Assembly (NCBI GenBank): GCA_003154195.1
Contig: PMCS01000009.1
Span: 19,014 to 83,013, forward strand
Origin: Candidatus Omnitrophota bacterium
Lineage (GTDB): Bacteria; Omnitrophota; Gorgyraeia; Duberdicusellales; 4484-171
DNA length: 64,000 bases
Direction of reading: 5' to 3'
Both the position numbers and the translations under genes were made by a program. This document shows positions 50,564 to 61,300 of the stretch, in pieces; positions within the stretch are counted from its first letter, which is position 1, and the number at the start of each line of letters is the position of its first letter. A model generated the notes under the pieces. The model searched no databases. It had not been told where the DNA came from and worked only from the letters and a program-made list of their open reading frames with translations.

Positions 50564-53410
50564 TTAAATACCGCAGGCGCTTTTAAAGGAGCAGTAGGAA
50601 CAGCGTTGTTCATCAGGAACAGCCACAAAATCCACTTCCGGATTGATAATCTCCTCGAAAATAAAATCCAGCGCCCGCAGGCACACCGTCATCACTTCTT
50701 CCCGCTGTTTCGCTTCCGCGGGACGGATAAAAGGAAGCAGGTCCAGGGTGCGGATATTGTAAAGCTGAGCGTTGACCTGTTTTCCGGGAAATTGGCGGGA
50801 AATAAAATAGTAATAAATCGGCAGTTGGAACGACTTCATACTCTCGCTGATATTTTGCCGGGTCAGCTCCATTTTGGAAAGCCCGGAAAGGCTCTTGGGT
50901 TGGACGTCGCTGGAACCGGTCTTATAATCGATGATAACAATCGAATCGTCGCGCAATTCATCGACCCGGTCGGCGGTATAGCCGAAAGTAACCTCGTGTT
51001 TGCTCAGTTTCATCACCCCTTCGATTCGCTCTTCCAGGGCAAGGATCTTCTTAACATCGCGCCGCTTCTCTTCTTCCAGGAATTTGCGCATCCGGTCCTG
51101 CAAGATCCCCCACAACAAAAACGAATCGGATTTCATCCTCCGCTTGATCGTCTCGTTAAAGCGCTTTTCCATCACGTTAAAAAAATAGCGGGAGAATTCT
51201 TCATCGATTATCGGTTGAACTCCTTTGAACTTACCGAGGGTTTCTTCCAGCAATTCGTGAATAAAAGTGCCGATACTATCAGCCCGCGGGTCATCAAGCA
51301 GCCCCCGCTTTTCTTTCAGCCCCAGGCAATAAGTATAATAAAATTTCAACGGGCAGGATAAATAAACATTCAGGCGGCTGGCGGAATAACGGTCGGCCAA
51401 TAACCGCGCAACCATCTCCGGGGTTTTCTTCGCGGTATTTTGCGGCAAACTCGGCGCCAGGTTAAACGCCGCGCGCTGCGGCTCCAGCACATCGAGCCGT
51501 CCCGTTTCCTTCTGTCTCTGCCAGATCAACTCTTCGACAAAACGGCTCTTTTCTTTCTCTTTGGTCTCCTCATAAATCAAATGGACGCGTTTAGCGCCGT
51601 TGATCAGGCGCATAAACTGGTAGCGCTGGATTTCCTCTTCTTTTTCCAGGCGGTTTATCCCCAACTGCAGCATCACTTCCCGCGGGATCAGCGGCTCGTA
51701 AATCTTAAGCCGGGGCATTACCGATTCATTTAAATCCAAAGCAATCACATTATCGAAATTAAGCGAACGGGTCTCAAACAACCCTAAAATCTGCAGCCCT
51801 TTAAGCGGTGAACCGGAAAACGATAAGAGTTCGCTCTTTATCTTCTGCAAAAAAATCAGCCACAGTTCTTCGGGATTAAACTTTTCATGCTTAAAACTTA
51901 ATTCCGCCAGCTCGTCCTTAACGTTAAAGAGTTTTTCCAACGCCTTAATATTAAACGGGTAATTGCCGATATAACTTTTCCGGCTCAGCGTGTCTAAAAG
52001 CGCTTCCAGCACTCGGCTAAATCCGGCAAAATCATTTGTCGCTTCCCAGCCGCGCAACACCGTATCGTGGACATATTTTAAAATCGCCCGGCAATCATCA
52101 AGGCTGACCTTGATCTCGCCGGCCTTTAAAATCTCCAGGGCCCCGCGGTAGATCACCGTTTCCTTCTCAATTGCTTCTAAATCAATGAATAAAGTTCCGC
52201 CGATATCCGATTCGATTTCACCGTCCAACGCCTCTTCCAATTTGTGGACGAGCACCCGCGTCGCCTCATGGCCAAACCCGGCGTCGATATTTTTGATCAA
52301 GGGATGGCGCATCACCTGCAGATAATCCCGCGCGTAGTATTTATCCCCCTTCTTACTCTCCACCGCCCGCACCAGATATTCGAACAAACTGCACACCACA
52401 CTGCGCTTTAACGGATAGCCCATCGATACATTAAACTCATCGACATTGGAAGAAATCTCCGACAACAACGGCACTACTGCTTCCGGTTGGGGCAGTAAGA
52501 TAAGGGTCTTCTCTTTATCGCTGATGGTGTTTATGATATCGCGGCAGATGCAGACCTGGGAGTGAAGGTCAAAGCCTTCATGCAAAGAAAGATTAACTTT
52601 GACGCTTTGACGCTTTGACGCGCTTAATGCGCCGGGAACAATTGAGGAGCCGAATAACTTGGCATTGTGGGCTAAAACTGGCCATTCGGCTTCGTCGCCC
52701 TGGAAAATACAGCTCCCCTTTCTCGAATCGAGCACGGCTTTAATAATCGCGCCCTCGGTGGCGTGGAGATAAAAAAAGTTACAGAACAATACCGCGTCGA
52801 AGTCATCTAAATTATTCCCGGCGGCCAGAGCGCCGGCCGCTGAATAACGCTTGCCGCGCGCCATCACGCCCTGCTTAGCCAATTCCTCATGATAAAGCTT
52901 GCGCAACACTCCCATCGACTCAAGAAGCTTATTAATACTCTCCGGAACATCAAACCCGATTTGCGCGCTGGCCTTGATCGAAAGTAACTTCTCATCGGGA
53001 ATTCCTTCCAAATCAAGCTGTTCGATGAACGAAACCACTTCCCGCGCCCAGGGCAAGAATTCATTAAAGCTTTTCTTCTCCTTTAACACCCCGGATGCGT
53101 TCTTCTTCGCCAATTTATACAAAATATAACCGGCATCTAAATCGGATATCCCGGCCAGCGGTTTCCCCTGCCCGACCAACCAATCGACAAAATCATCCAT
53201 GGAAAAAACCTTAGGCGGGACGAAACTGGTGCCGATTCGATTAGCGAGTGCTTTGCGCAAAAACAAGCCGGGACGTTTGCCGCCAAAGACACAGGCGACG
53301 CGGGAATAGTCGGTGGTCTTGCCGAAGCGGTCGAGAATGATATCCGCCAACCGCTCAATAAAATTCTCGCCGAAAGATAGGGTTATCGATTTAATATTAT
53401 TTGCGCCCAT
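50564..53410 (-). CDS. AddB-like PD-(D/E)XK nuclease subunit with Fe-S cysteines
   Basis: SASRLNVYLSCP, DRVD, IIDYKTG, QLPIY, CSYCSFKSAC; start 53410 since the ORF-track start lies in a REP. Confidence 0.85.
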   Translation of the reverse strand: MGANNIKSITLSFGENFIERLADIILDRFGKTTDYSRVACVFGGKRPGLFLRKALANRIGTSFVPPKVFSMDDFVDWLVGQGKPLAGISDLDAGYILYKLAKKNASGVLKEKKSFNEFLPWAREVVSFIEQLDLEGIPDEKLLSIKASAQIGFDVPESINKLLESMGVLRKLYHEELAKQGVMARGKRYSAAGALAAGNNLDDFDAVLFCNFFYLHATEGAIIKAVLDSRKGSCIFQGDEAEWPVLAHNAKLFGSSIVPGALSASKRQSVKVNLSLHEGFDLHSQVCICRDIINTISDKEKTLILLPQPEAVVPLLSEISSNVDEFNVSMGYPLKRSVVCSLFEYLVRAVESKKGDKYYARDYLQVMRHPLIKNIDAGFGHEATRVLVHKLEEALDGEIESDIGGTLFIDLEAIEKETVIYRGALEILKAGEIKVSLDDCRAILKYVHDTVLRGWEATNDFAGFSRVLEALLDTLSRKSYIGNYPFNIKALEKLFNVKDELAELSFKHEKFNPEELWLIFLQKIKSELLSFSGSPLKGLQILGLFETRSLNFDNVIALDLNESVMPRLKIYEPLIPREVMLQLGINRLEKEEEIQRYQFMRLINGAKRVHLIYEETKEKEKSRFVEELIWQRQKETGRLDVLEPQRAAFNLAPSLPQNTAKKTPEMVARLLADRYSASRLNVYLSCPLKFYYTYCLGLKEKRGLLDDPRADSIGTFIHELLEETLGKFKGVQPIIDEEFSRYFFNVMEKRFNETIKRRMKSDSFLLWGILQDRMRKFLEEEKRRDVKKILALEERIEGVMKLSKHEVTFGYTADRVDELRDDSIVIIDYKTGSSDVQPKSLSGLSKMELTRQNISESMKSFQLPIYYYFISRQFPGKQVNAQLYNIRTLDLLPFIRPAEAKQREEVMTVCLRALDFIFEEIINPEVDFVAVPDEQRCSYCSFKSACGI

Positions 53411-53415
53411 ATAAT

Positions 53416-54000
53416 TCAATAAAATTGTCCTGTAGGGGCCGGGCATGCCCGGCCCGTTAATATCATGTCTGGTTCGCGATTCGGTGATTTAAGATTTATT
53501 ATGTTTTCATTATCATCAGCCCATTTTGCAGGGTTATTAATTATGTATTCACGTATATTTTTTAATGATTCTTCCGTACGTATATGATGGTCATAGAAAA
53601 AACGCTGCCATTTAAATGAATTATTATTCAATTTATTAATTTGCCGCGAAACGGCTGACTTGAACGACCCGATTATAACCGATAAATTGTTATTTTTTTT
53701 ATTTTGATTAACGGGACGGGCATGCCCGTCCCCTACAGGACTATTGATTATTATTATCCCATGTATATGGTTCGGCATAACGATATATTCATCTAACTCA
53801 ACGTTGGGACAATGGCACGCAATCTCTTGCCAGGCTTTCCTGACGATTACTCCATATTCGTTTAAAACCATGCAATCACCTTTAATCTGGCCGAATAATT
53901 CTTTGTGATTATACGTACAAATCGTCACATAATAATACCCTGCCTTGGAATAATCATATCCTTTTAATCTGATTGCTTTTCGTTTCGGAAATTCTTGCAT
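53416..54000 (-). CDS. REP-associated tyrosine transposase (RAYT)
   Basis: RKAIRLKGYDYS, MPNHIHGII, WQRFFYDHHIR, YIINNP. Confidence 0.93.
   Translation of the reverse strand: MQEFPKRKAIRLKGYDYSKAGYYYVTICTYNHKELFGQIKGDCMVLNEYGVIVRKAWQEIACHCPNVELDEYIVMPNHIHGIIIINSPVGDGHARPVNQNKKNNNLSVIIGSFKSAVSRQINKLNNNSFKWQRFFYDHHIRTEESLKNIREYIINNPAKWADDNENIINLKSPNREPDMILTGRACPAPTGQFY
53428..53461 (+). repeat. GTAG-type REP; inverted partner at 53707-53740
   Basis: TCCTGTAGGGGCCGGGCATGCCCGGCCCGTTAAT; partner differs by one compensatory pair. Confidence 0.9.
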
Positions 54001-54387
54001 TTTATTGCGTAAATTTTAGCCACGAATCACGGTGCGAAGCGAAGCGTAGCCTCCCCTTAGAGACGAATTACGCAAATGGGATATTTTTCCCGCAAAGGCG
54101 CCCGCCTAGCCAAGCAAGGCAAGGCTGGCAAAGAACGCAAAGAAAAAAATCATGGTAGCTGTCCCCGAAATTTCCTCTGTGGTAAATATTTTTATCTTAT
54201 TCGCGAGATTTGTGTTATTCGTTGTTAAAATCTTTCCCCGCTTTTTCTTTCTTAATCTGTGAAAATCTGCGTAATCTGTGGACAAAATTTTTTGTTTTCT
54301 CCCGTATTTTATCTTTTCAATTATGCGCGGATAGAATTAATACAAGCCCAGAGATAAGACAAACGAACACTTACGGCAACGGTGGGG

Positions 54388-54804
54388 TTATTTTAACTTT
54401 TTATTTTTTGTTTCTAAAGAAAAAACGAGTTTGGGATAATCGATAGTAAGGATGAAGCTGCTCAAAAAGCTTTTTACGCCAAGCAGCGGCACATGAAGGT
54501 TGGGCATGAAATCTATCAAAATATTATTAATTTCGAAATCATCAATCTTGACACAAACCGTATGGGAATAGGCAAGAGTTTTGCCGTTACCGGTATTAAT
54601 TTCTTTAGCAAAACCGGACTGTAAATCATGCCCTAAAATCGGAGCATACAAAGCCGGTAAGGCGCACTCATCGGCTCCGGTATCGATCAGGCCGTAAGCT
54701 TTAACGCTTTTGCCGGTATGAGGATTTTTAATAATTATCGCCAGCCATGGACGCGGGGTATCTTGAGGAGAGAATTTGGAGAAAGGTAAATTTCTTAAAT
54801 TCAT
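54388..54804 (-). CDS. Retropepsin-like aspartic protease
   Basis: LIDTGAD, LLGVKSFL. Confidence 0.85.
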   Translation of the reverse strand: MNLRNLPFSKFSPQDTPRPWLAIIIKNPHTGKSVKAYGLIDTGADECALPALYAPILGHDLQSGFAKEINTGNGKTLAYSHTVCVKIDDFEINNILIDFMPNLHVPLLGVKSFLSSFILTIDYPKLVFSLETKNKKLK

Positions 54805-54992
54805 TAGTAAATTTGAACCACATCATTTAAAGGGACAAAAATCACAACCGGTTCTTTACAGCCTTTATGCAAAGCTTTTTCGTAAGCTTCCTGGGGCGTA
54901 TCGCCGTCGCCGACAACGGTATTTTTCCCAAAATCTTTTATCGCGACATACCTGCCCCTGTATTTTTTATCTTTTATCAATACCTGCGTCAT
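54804..54992 (-). CDS. Small DUF5678-like protein
   Basis: YRGRYVAI..VVGDGD..EAYEKA; TAATG-coupled to protease. Confidence 0.75.
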   Translation of the reverse strand: MTQVLIKDKKYRGRYVAIKDFGKNTVVGDGDTPQEAYEKALHKGCKEPVVIFVPLNDVVQIY

Positions 54993-55161
54993 ATATTTTC
55001 TTCTTTTTTTAAGATGGTAATTATACCGTGATGCTAAAATTCTAAAGGCTATGGCATTTTTGTCAATGAATATTTACCCCATAATTCTCCTTCATCCTTC
55101 TTGCTTTACTCTGTGAAAATCTGTGTAATCTGTGGACAAATTTTTTTCGTTTTATCTATCT

Positions 55162-55968
55162 TTACAAATCAGCCCTGTACTTCGCAATCAACGACGGAAC
55201 GACCGTATCGGCGTTAGCAATCAAATCGGCCTGGGCGTCTTCGAATAAAAACGGACGCAATTCTTCCGCCTGCTTTTTTAATTCCGCCGGCGAAAAGCTC
55301 TTAACTCTTTTAGCAATAACCTCCAGCGGGTTTTCCTTGATCCCCAACGAAGCCAGGACTTTCCGGTTAATCGGATAATTTTGGGAAAGCATAAAAATTA
55401 TATCGTACAGGTGCCGCGCCCGCGTTTTTTTAACCAGGGCGTCGATTTTATCGGCAAACAGCGCGCTCTTGTCGGTGCAGCCGCAGGTAAAAATCTCCCC
55501 AAAGCCGTTGATTACTTCGCTTTCCCTGACGATTTTCCATTTGGGCGTATTCGTCTCAATTTTAATGACAATCCCGGCTTTCTTCGAATACGCCGATTTA
55601 ACATTATACGCTTTTTCGATTTCCGGAAAGATTAAATTCCCCGCGAAAATATTACGCCAATGCTTAAAATTAACATCGGCAATAATGTTAGAACGGGCCA
55701 GCTCGGTTTTTACCTTATCCAGCAAGGTTTCAAACTGCCCCCCGGAAAGCTCATCGCAGTTAAAATCAAGGTCTTCAGAAAACCGTTTTAGATTATGCAC
55801 CAGCCGCAGGTATGTCCCGCCGGTAAAATACAGATGCTTACCGGTATCGGCCTTATAAATCTCTTTTAAAATCAATACCTGCAAATATTCGCGCAATACC
55901 CCGCGCATCTTATTACCCGGCATGCCCCGCAGTTTTGCCTGTTCGGTTAAACTCTCATAGGTCAGCAT
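55162..55968 (-). CDS. AbiEii-family nucleotidyltransferase toxin (type IV TA)
   Basis: FTGGTYLR, RFSEDLDF, DKIDAL, RARHLYD. Confidence 0.9.
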   Translation of the reverse strand: MLTYESLTEQAKLRGMPGNKMRGVLREYLQVLILKEIYKADTGKHLYFTGGTYLRLVHNLKRFSEDLDFNCDELSGGQFETLLDKVKTELARSNIIADVNFKHWRNIFAGNLIFPEIEKAYNVKSAYSKKAGIVIKIETNTPKWKIVRESEVINGFGEIFTCGCTDKSALFADKIDALVKKTRARHLYDIIFMLSQNYPINRKVLASLGIKENPLEVIAKRVKSFSPAELKKQAEELRPFLFEDAQADLIANADTVVPSLIAKYRADL

Positions 55969-56569
55969 AAATCACCTCTTCTACGTCGATATTATACTGC
56001 TTAGCGTATTTTTCCAGTTTCTTCTTATTCATCCCCGCGATAATGTTTTTATCCATCCGCTCTTCGCCTAAGATTGCCCGCTTCTTCCCGCGAAAGGTTT
56101 TAAAATGGACAAAATCGATTAAAGCCTTTTCCGGTTCGGCAATCAGGACATCGAAATCTCCCTGCCGTTCCACATAATAACCGCCAAACGCCTCTTTTTT
56201 TATCGTCCGGTAAATAAATAACCCGTGCAGGTTCCTGAATTTACGGGTAGGCTTGGTAGTAATCGAAGTCACCGCCATCGATACTTCCGGAATAACGCTG
56301 TAATGGGATAAAGCCGTCTCCAGGGAAACATACGACGGCGCGTATAAGCGGTTGGCAATATGCATATCGGAAATAGCATATTCCTCAGGATAAATCAATT
56401 CATAAAAATCTCGCTTCAATGCCCGGATAAACCCCTTTCCTTTCCAGCGATAAAGCAGTTTTTTAAGGCTCTCTTTTTTCTCCCGCGGGTAAAAAGAAAG
56501 CACATCCTCGCTGGTGAAAAGATAGTATTTTTTTCCCGATAATGTTTTATAAAATTCTTCGAATTTCAT
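55955..56569 (-). CDS. AbiEi-family antitoxin
   Basis: PSYVSLETALSHYSVIPE, AEPEKALID; overlaps AbiEii start. Confidence 0.88.
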   Translation of the reverse strand: MKFEEFYKTLSGKKYYLFTSEDVLSFYPREKKESLKKLLYRWKGKGFIRALKRDFYELIYPEEYAISDMHIANRLYAPSYVSLETALSHYSVIPEVSMAVTSITTKPTRKFRNLHGLFIYRTIKKEAFGGYYVERQGDFDVLIAEPEKALIDFVHFKTFRGKKRAILGEERMDKNIIAGMNKKKLEKYAKQYNIDVEEVIYADL

Positions 56570-56623
56570 AGTATTTCACATAAAGAATATATATGTCCTT
56601 TACCTGAAATAAGTATACAATAT

Positions 56624-58252
56624 TTAATGTGGGTTGTCAAGGGCGTACAACGCTTCCCGCGAAAGCTTAAGGGCTTCGTCAGCCAGGTATTCATCGAGCA
56701 GCATTTGCCGGTTGATAAAGCCGTCAGGCGTGATTTCGATGATGCGATTAGCCAGGGTCTGGATAAACTGGTGGTCCTGCGAAGAAAAAAGCAATGTTCC
56801 GGTAAAATTCTCCAGGCCTTTGTTGAGAGACGTGATCGATTCCATATCCAGGTGGTTGGTGGGTTCATCCATCACCAATACATTCGCGCCGGTGAGCATC
56901 ATCCGCGCGAACATGCAGCGGACCTTTTCGCCGCCGGAAAGCACGCTCACGCTCTTAAGCGTCTCGTCCCCGGAAAATAACATCTTCCCCAGGAAACTGC
57001 GGATAAAATCCTCCTCCTTATTGCCGGAATACTGCCTCAACCAATCAATAAGGTTCAAGCCGGACTCAAAATATTTTTTATTATCTTTGGGGTAGTAGGC
57101 GACCAACGCTGACGCGCCCCACTTATACGTACCACTGCCGGGGGTTAATTGGCCCATGATCGTCTCAAACAACGCCGTCTTGACCAGGTCATTGCGGCCT
57201 AAAAACGCGATGCGCTCTCCTTTTTGCACGCTCAAGGTAAAGTCATTAAGCATCGTCCGGCCATCGGCCGCGATACTCATGTGTTCGATATCCAGAATAT
57301 CATTACCCGCTTCTTTCTCGCTTTTAAAATAAATATGCGGGTAGCGGCGCGACGAGGGCTTAATATCATCCAGGGTCAGTTTCTCCAGAAGTTTTTTACG
57401 GCTGGTGGCCTGCCGCGATTTTGAAGCATTAGCGCTGAAGCGCGCGATAAATTCCTGCAATTCCTTGCGCTTTTCCTCGATCTTTTTGTTCGAATCGGAA
57501 CGCTGGCGCAAAACTAATTGGCTCGATTCATACCAGAAAGAGTAATTACCCGCATACAGCTGTATCTTGCCAAAATCAAGATCGGCGATATGAGTGCACA
57601 CCTTGTCGATAAAATGGCGGTCATGGGAAATAACGATAACGGTATTCTTAAACTCATATAAAAACTCCTCAAGCCATAAGTTAGTTTCGACATCTAAATG
57701 GTTAGTCGGCTCATCCAGAAGTAATATATCCGGGTTCCCGAACAGCGCCTGCGCTAAAAGCACGCGCACTTTCTGGCTCGATTCAAGCTGTTTCATCTTT
57801 AAACCATGCAGCTTTTCCTTAACGCCCATCCCGCTCAACAGCTTTGCCGCCTCACCTTCGGCATCCCAGCCATTGAGTTCGCCGAATTCATGCTCCAGCT
57901 CAGCGGCAAGCATGCCGTCAGCGTCGCTGAAATCAGGCTTGGCATATAAGGCGTCCTTTTCAGTCATGATCTCATAGAGCCGTTTATGGCCCATGACAAC
58001 GGTAGCCAGCGCGGTATATTCATCATAGGCGTACTGGTCCTGCTTGAGCATCGATAAACGTTTACGCGGCTCAACACTCACTTCTCCGGCGCTGGGCTCG
58101 ACTTCTCCGGCCAAAATCTTCAGAAATGTAGTTTTGCCGGAACCATTGGCGCCGATAAGGCCATAGCAATTACCCGCCGAAAACGTAGCATTCACATTTT
58201 CGAACAAAGGTTCTTTGCCAAATCGTAAGGTAACATTAATCGCGGATATCAT
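56624..58252 (-). CDS. ABC-F family ATPase (YbiT-like)
   Basis: Two ABC domains, GANGSGKTT, DEPTNHLD x2, ARFSANASKSRQA linker, no TM. Confidence 0.92.
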   Translation of the reverse strand: MISAINVTLRFGKEPLFENVNATFSAGNCYGLIGANGSGKTTFLKILAGEVEPSAGEVSVEPRKRLSMLKQDQYAYDEYTALATVVMGHKRLYEIMTEKDALYAKPDFSDADGMLAAELEHEFGELNGWDAEGEAAKLLSGMGVKEKLHGLKMKQLESSQKVRVLLAQALFGNPDILLLDEPTNHLDVETNLWLEEFLYEFKNTVIVISHDRHFIDKVCTHIADLDFGKIQLYAGNYSFWYESSQLVLRQRSDSNKKIEEKRKELQEFIARFSANASKSRQATSRKKLLEKLTLDDIKPSSRRYPHIYFKSEKEAGNDILDIEHMSIAADGRTMLNDFTLSVQKGERIAFLGRNDLVKTALFETIMGQLTPGSGTYKWGASALVAYYPKDNKKYFESGLNLIDWLRQYSGNKEEDFIRSFLGKMLFSGDETLKSVSVLSGGEKVRCMFARMMLTGANVLVMDEPTNHLDMESITSLNKGLENFTGTLLFSSQDHQFIQTLANRIIEITPDGFINRQMLLDEYLADEALKLSREALYALDNPH

Positions 58253-58394
58253 AAGAAATTAAGATTGGAAATCCCGGGGAAACCGGATTCCTCCATTTGT
58301 ATGGTTCGTGTAATTCGTTGTTAAATTTTTCTTTGCCCCCTTCTTTTTCTCAATCTGTAAAATCTGCGTAATCTGTGGTTAAAAATTATTGTTT

Positions 58395-61300
58395 TTATTT
58401 TATCTCCTCCACTTCCCCACTATCAAAATAAACCAGATACCCCTTTATCTTCTTACCCGGATATATCTCCCCCACAATTTCTTTATATTCTTTTACCTGC
58501 TCGACATGCGCCGCGAAATTATCCTTCGAACTCTTAAAATCGATCAGCACCGCATCCTCCGCCACAATCAACCGGTCAATGCGTTTTAAATTGCCCCGTT
58601 TGTCGGCTACTTCGTATTCGCAAAAGACCAGCGCTTTATCCGTATAGAAAAATGGTTTTAAATCCGGCTGTTTCAATAAAGTGAGCGCCTTCTTCTCGTA
58701 AACGCTAAAATCATCAATTTGCGGAAATAATATTTTGGCATCGTTGATTGCCCGCGCCACCGCTTCTTTTTCTTTTCCCTTCGCCGGCGCCGTAATCCGG
58801 GAAAAAATCGCGTGCAAGACCGTTCCTTCTAAAATCACCTGCCGGCGGCACAGGCTTCCCTCGTCGCCGAATTCTTCGCGCAATAGTTTAATCCAGTTGC
58901 CATAACAGGAAGGCTTGATATACTCCGCCATATCGCTTTTAGCCTCTGACTTTAATCCCGCGACGGGCTTACCCAGCTCGACGTTAGCGCCAGGAAAAAA
59001 TAACCGGGCAAGGTTAGCGGCGTTAGCGCTCTTTTTCGGCAGAAAAGCATAAATCTCATCTTTGGCGCGGGTTAACGCGACATAGATATTATTTAATTCA
59101 TCGACGCAAGCCCGGGCGTAAGCGGCCTCATATTTTGCCGCCAGGGTTTCGCTGAAAAGACAATGGGCCTGGGTGATACGCAATAACCCTAAATCCGGGG
59201 CGTGAGCCTGGTCCACATAAGCCGACTTCATCTTACCGTCGGCAGGGTTGATGTCCATACGTAAAAACGGGATGACCACCACATTATATTCCAGGCCCTT
59301 AGCCTTATGGACGGTCAGCACTTTAACTGCCTCACTAAGCCTGGCGTTAACAAAAAAATCTTCTTCGGGGAAATCGCTCTCGAAAAACTTTAAGAAATCG
59401 CCGAGCCCCGGATAATCATTTTCCTGTTTTTTTATCACCTCTAAAAGCTTCATAAAAAATCCCTGGCTTTGGGGAAAAAGCCGGCCCAGTTCGAATTTCG
59501 CGTAAATATCCACCGTCAGTTCGTAGTTAGAAATAAATCCGACGCTGCGGAAAAATTCATCGAAAAACTTACCCCAGAGCGCGGGGTATTTTTTCCGGAA
59601 TAACCGGTATAGCCGCGCCTCCGGCAATTCCTTAGCCTTACGGGAATTAGTGCCGAATAAAAATCCGGCGGCTTCCTCGCGCGGCAAGCCGGCAGCGTTC
59701 GTAAAAATATCGCTTAAAATAAACAGAGCGAAACTGTTATCGTCGATCGGCGAATGCAGGAATTTGAGCAGATTCACCAGGGCGGCGACATGGGGATTGC
59801 GCCGGACATCAAGCGTCTTCTCCGACTCCACGGGAATACCCGCTTCAATCAACCAGGAACTGACCGCCTCGACGTCGTTATTATCGCGGCAGAGGAACGC
59901 GATGTCTCCCAGGGAAAAACGCTTCCGAGCGGAGGCGACGATCTCTAAAATCTTAGGCCGGATAAAATCATTACGCGCCTGGTTGCTGTCGGCATCGACG
60001 CGCTCGACGCGCACATACCCGCCGTTTTTACCGAAAGATACTTTTTGATGGGCATTACCGAAGGTATCGAGAATCTCCCGGCGCGCCTGGGCGCTAAGGC
60101 CAAAATCGTCGCCCGCCAGCGTTGCGGCTAAATTATCCCGCGAAAAGATGTGGTTGTTAAATTCAACGATTTCCTGCCGGCTGCGCCAATTGGTATCCAG
60201 TATCGAAGTTTGCGCGCCGAAACGGCCATAGCCACGCCGGACCTCGTCGAACAGCCGGGCCTCACCGCCGCGGAAGCGGTAAATCGCCTGCTTCCGGTCG
60301 CCGACGTAGAAAAACGTCCCGCCCGCGGAAAGAGCGTCTTCGACCATCAACTCTAAATTACGCCACTGTAACGAGCTCGTATCCTGGAACTCATCGATCA
60401 AATAATGCCGGTAACGCGCGGAAAGACGGTAATAAATCTCCGCCACGCTCAACCCCTCTTCGCCAAAAAGCGAACGCGCGAAGCGGTTAAGCTGCTCTAA
60501 AAACAGGACATCGTCCTTGCGGGAAAAATCTTCGAAGTAACGCTGGGCCTGCGCGAACAGCCGGACATAAGGGTTATACGCCACGGTCGCGTCAAGTTCA
60601 GCGAGGCCGGTGATTTTACGCCGTAGCGCCTGCCACTTTTTCACGAAACCGGCGGGCGCGATTTTCTTCTTATTCATCGGCGGTTCGTCCTGGGCTAAAA
60701 GCTTCGATAAATTGGCGATATCGAAAAAATCGTCGTGTTTTTCCAGGAACCGGCCGAGCCACCCGCCAAACGGGCCGTTGATACCCTCGGGAAGATGATT
60801 CTGCAGATCCTGAAGCTGGGCGAATATTTCTTTTTTCGCGGCAAGCACGTCTTTAGAGCCGCCTTTATAAGGGGCGAATTCGCCGCCGTAACAATTAGTC
60901 AGCGCGAACAATCCGCGCAGCATCTCTAAAATATTTTCTTTGGGGAACCAGCCGGTCCGCGCCTCGACAAAGAGATAATGGCGCAGAAACTCGGTAAAAA
61001 TTCCCAGAAGTTCTTTGTCCGAAACCGTCTCATCGACCGCTTTATCGAAAGCGTATTCGATATAATCGGCATAGCCGCGCCGAATGCCGAAACTGGCGGA
61101 ACGGCCGATATTTAAAGCGCAGCCCAAAAGCAAAGCGTTGATAAACGAATCGATTGTCTGGACACTGAAAAAATTATAATGGCGGATGAGTTCGTCTAAA
61201 ATCGCGCGGGCGCGCTCCGGCGATTCTTTTTCGGATAGGTTTAAAGCATTTAGGATATCCTGTTTTTCCTGGGGGCTGGTAAACTTATCCAGAGCGATTT

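Noticed and set aside
50606-51361. 251-aa + strand ORF
   Set aside because: Antisense to the addB nuclease domain, with no motifs.
53411-53446. ORF-track N-terminal extension of addB
   Set aside because: Its ATG lies within the REP and overlaps the RAYT 3' end; 53410 is more plausible.
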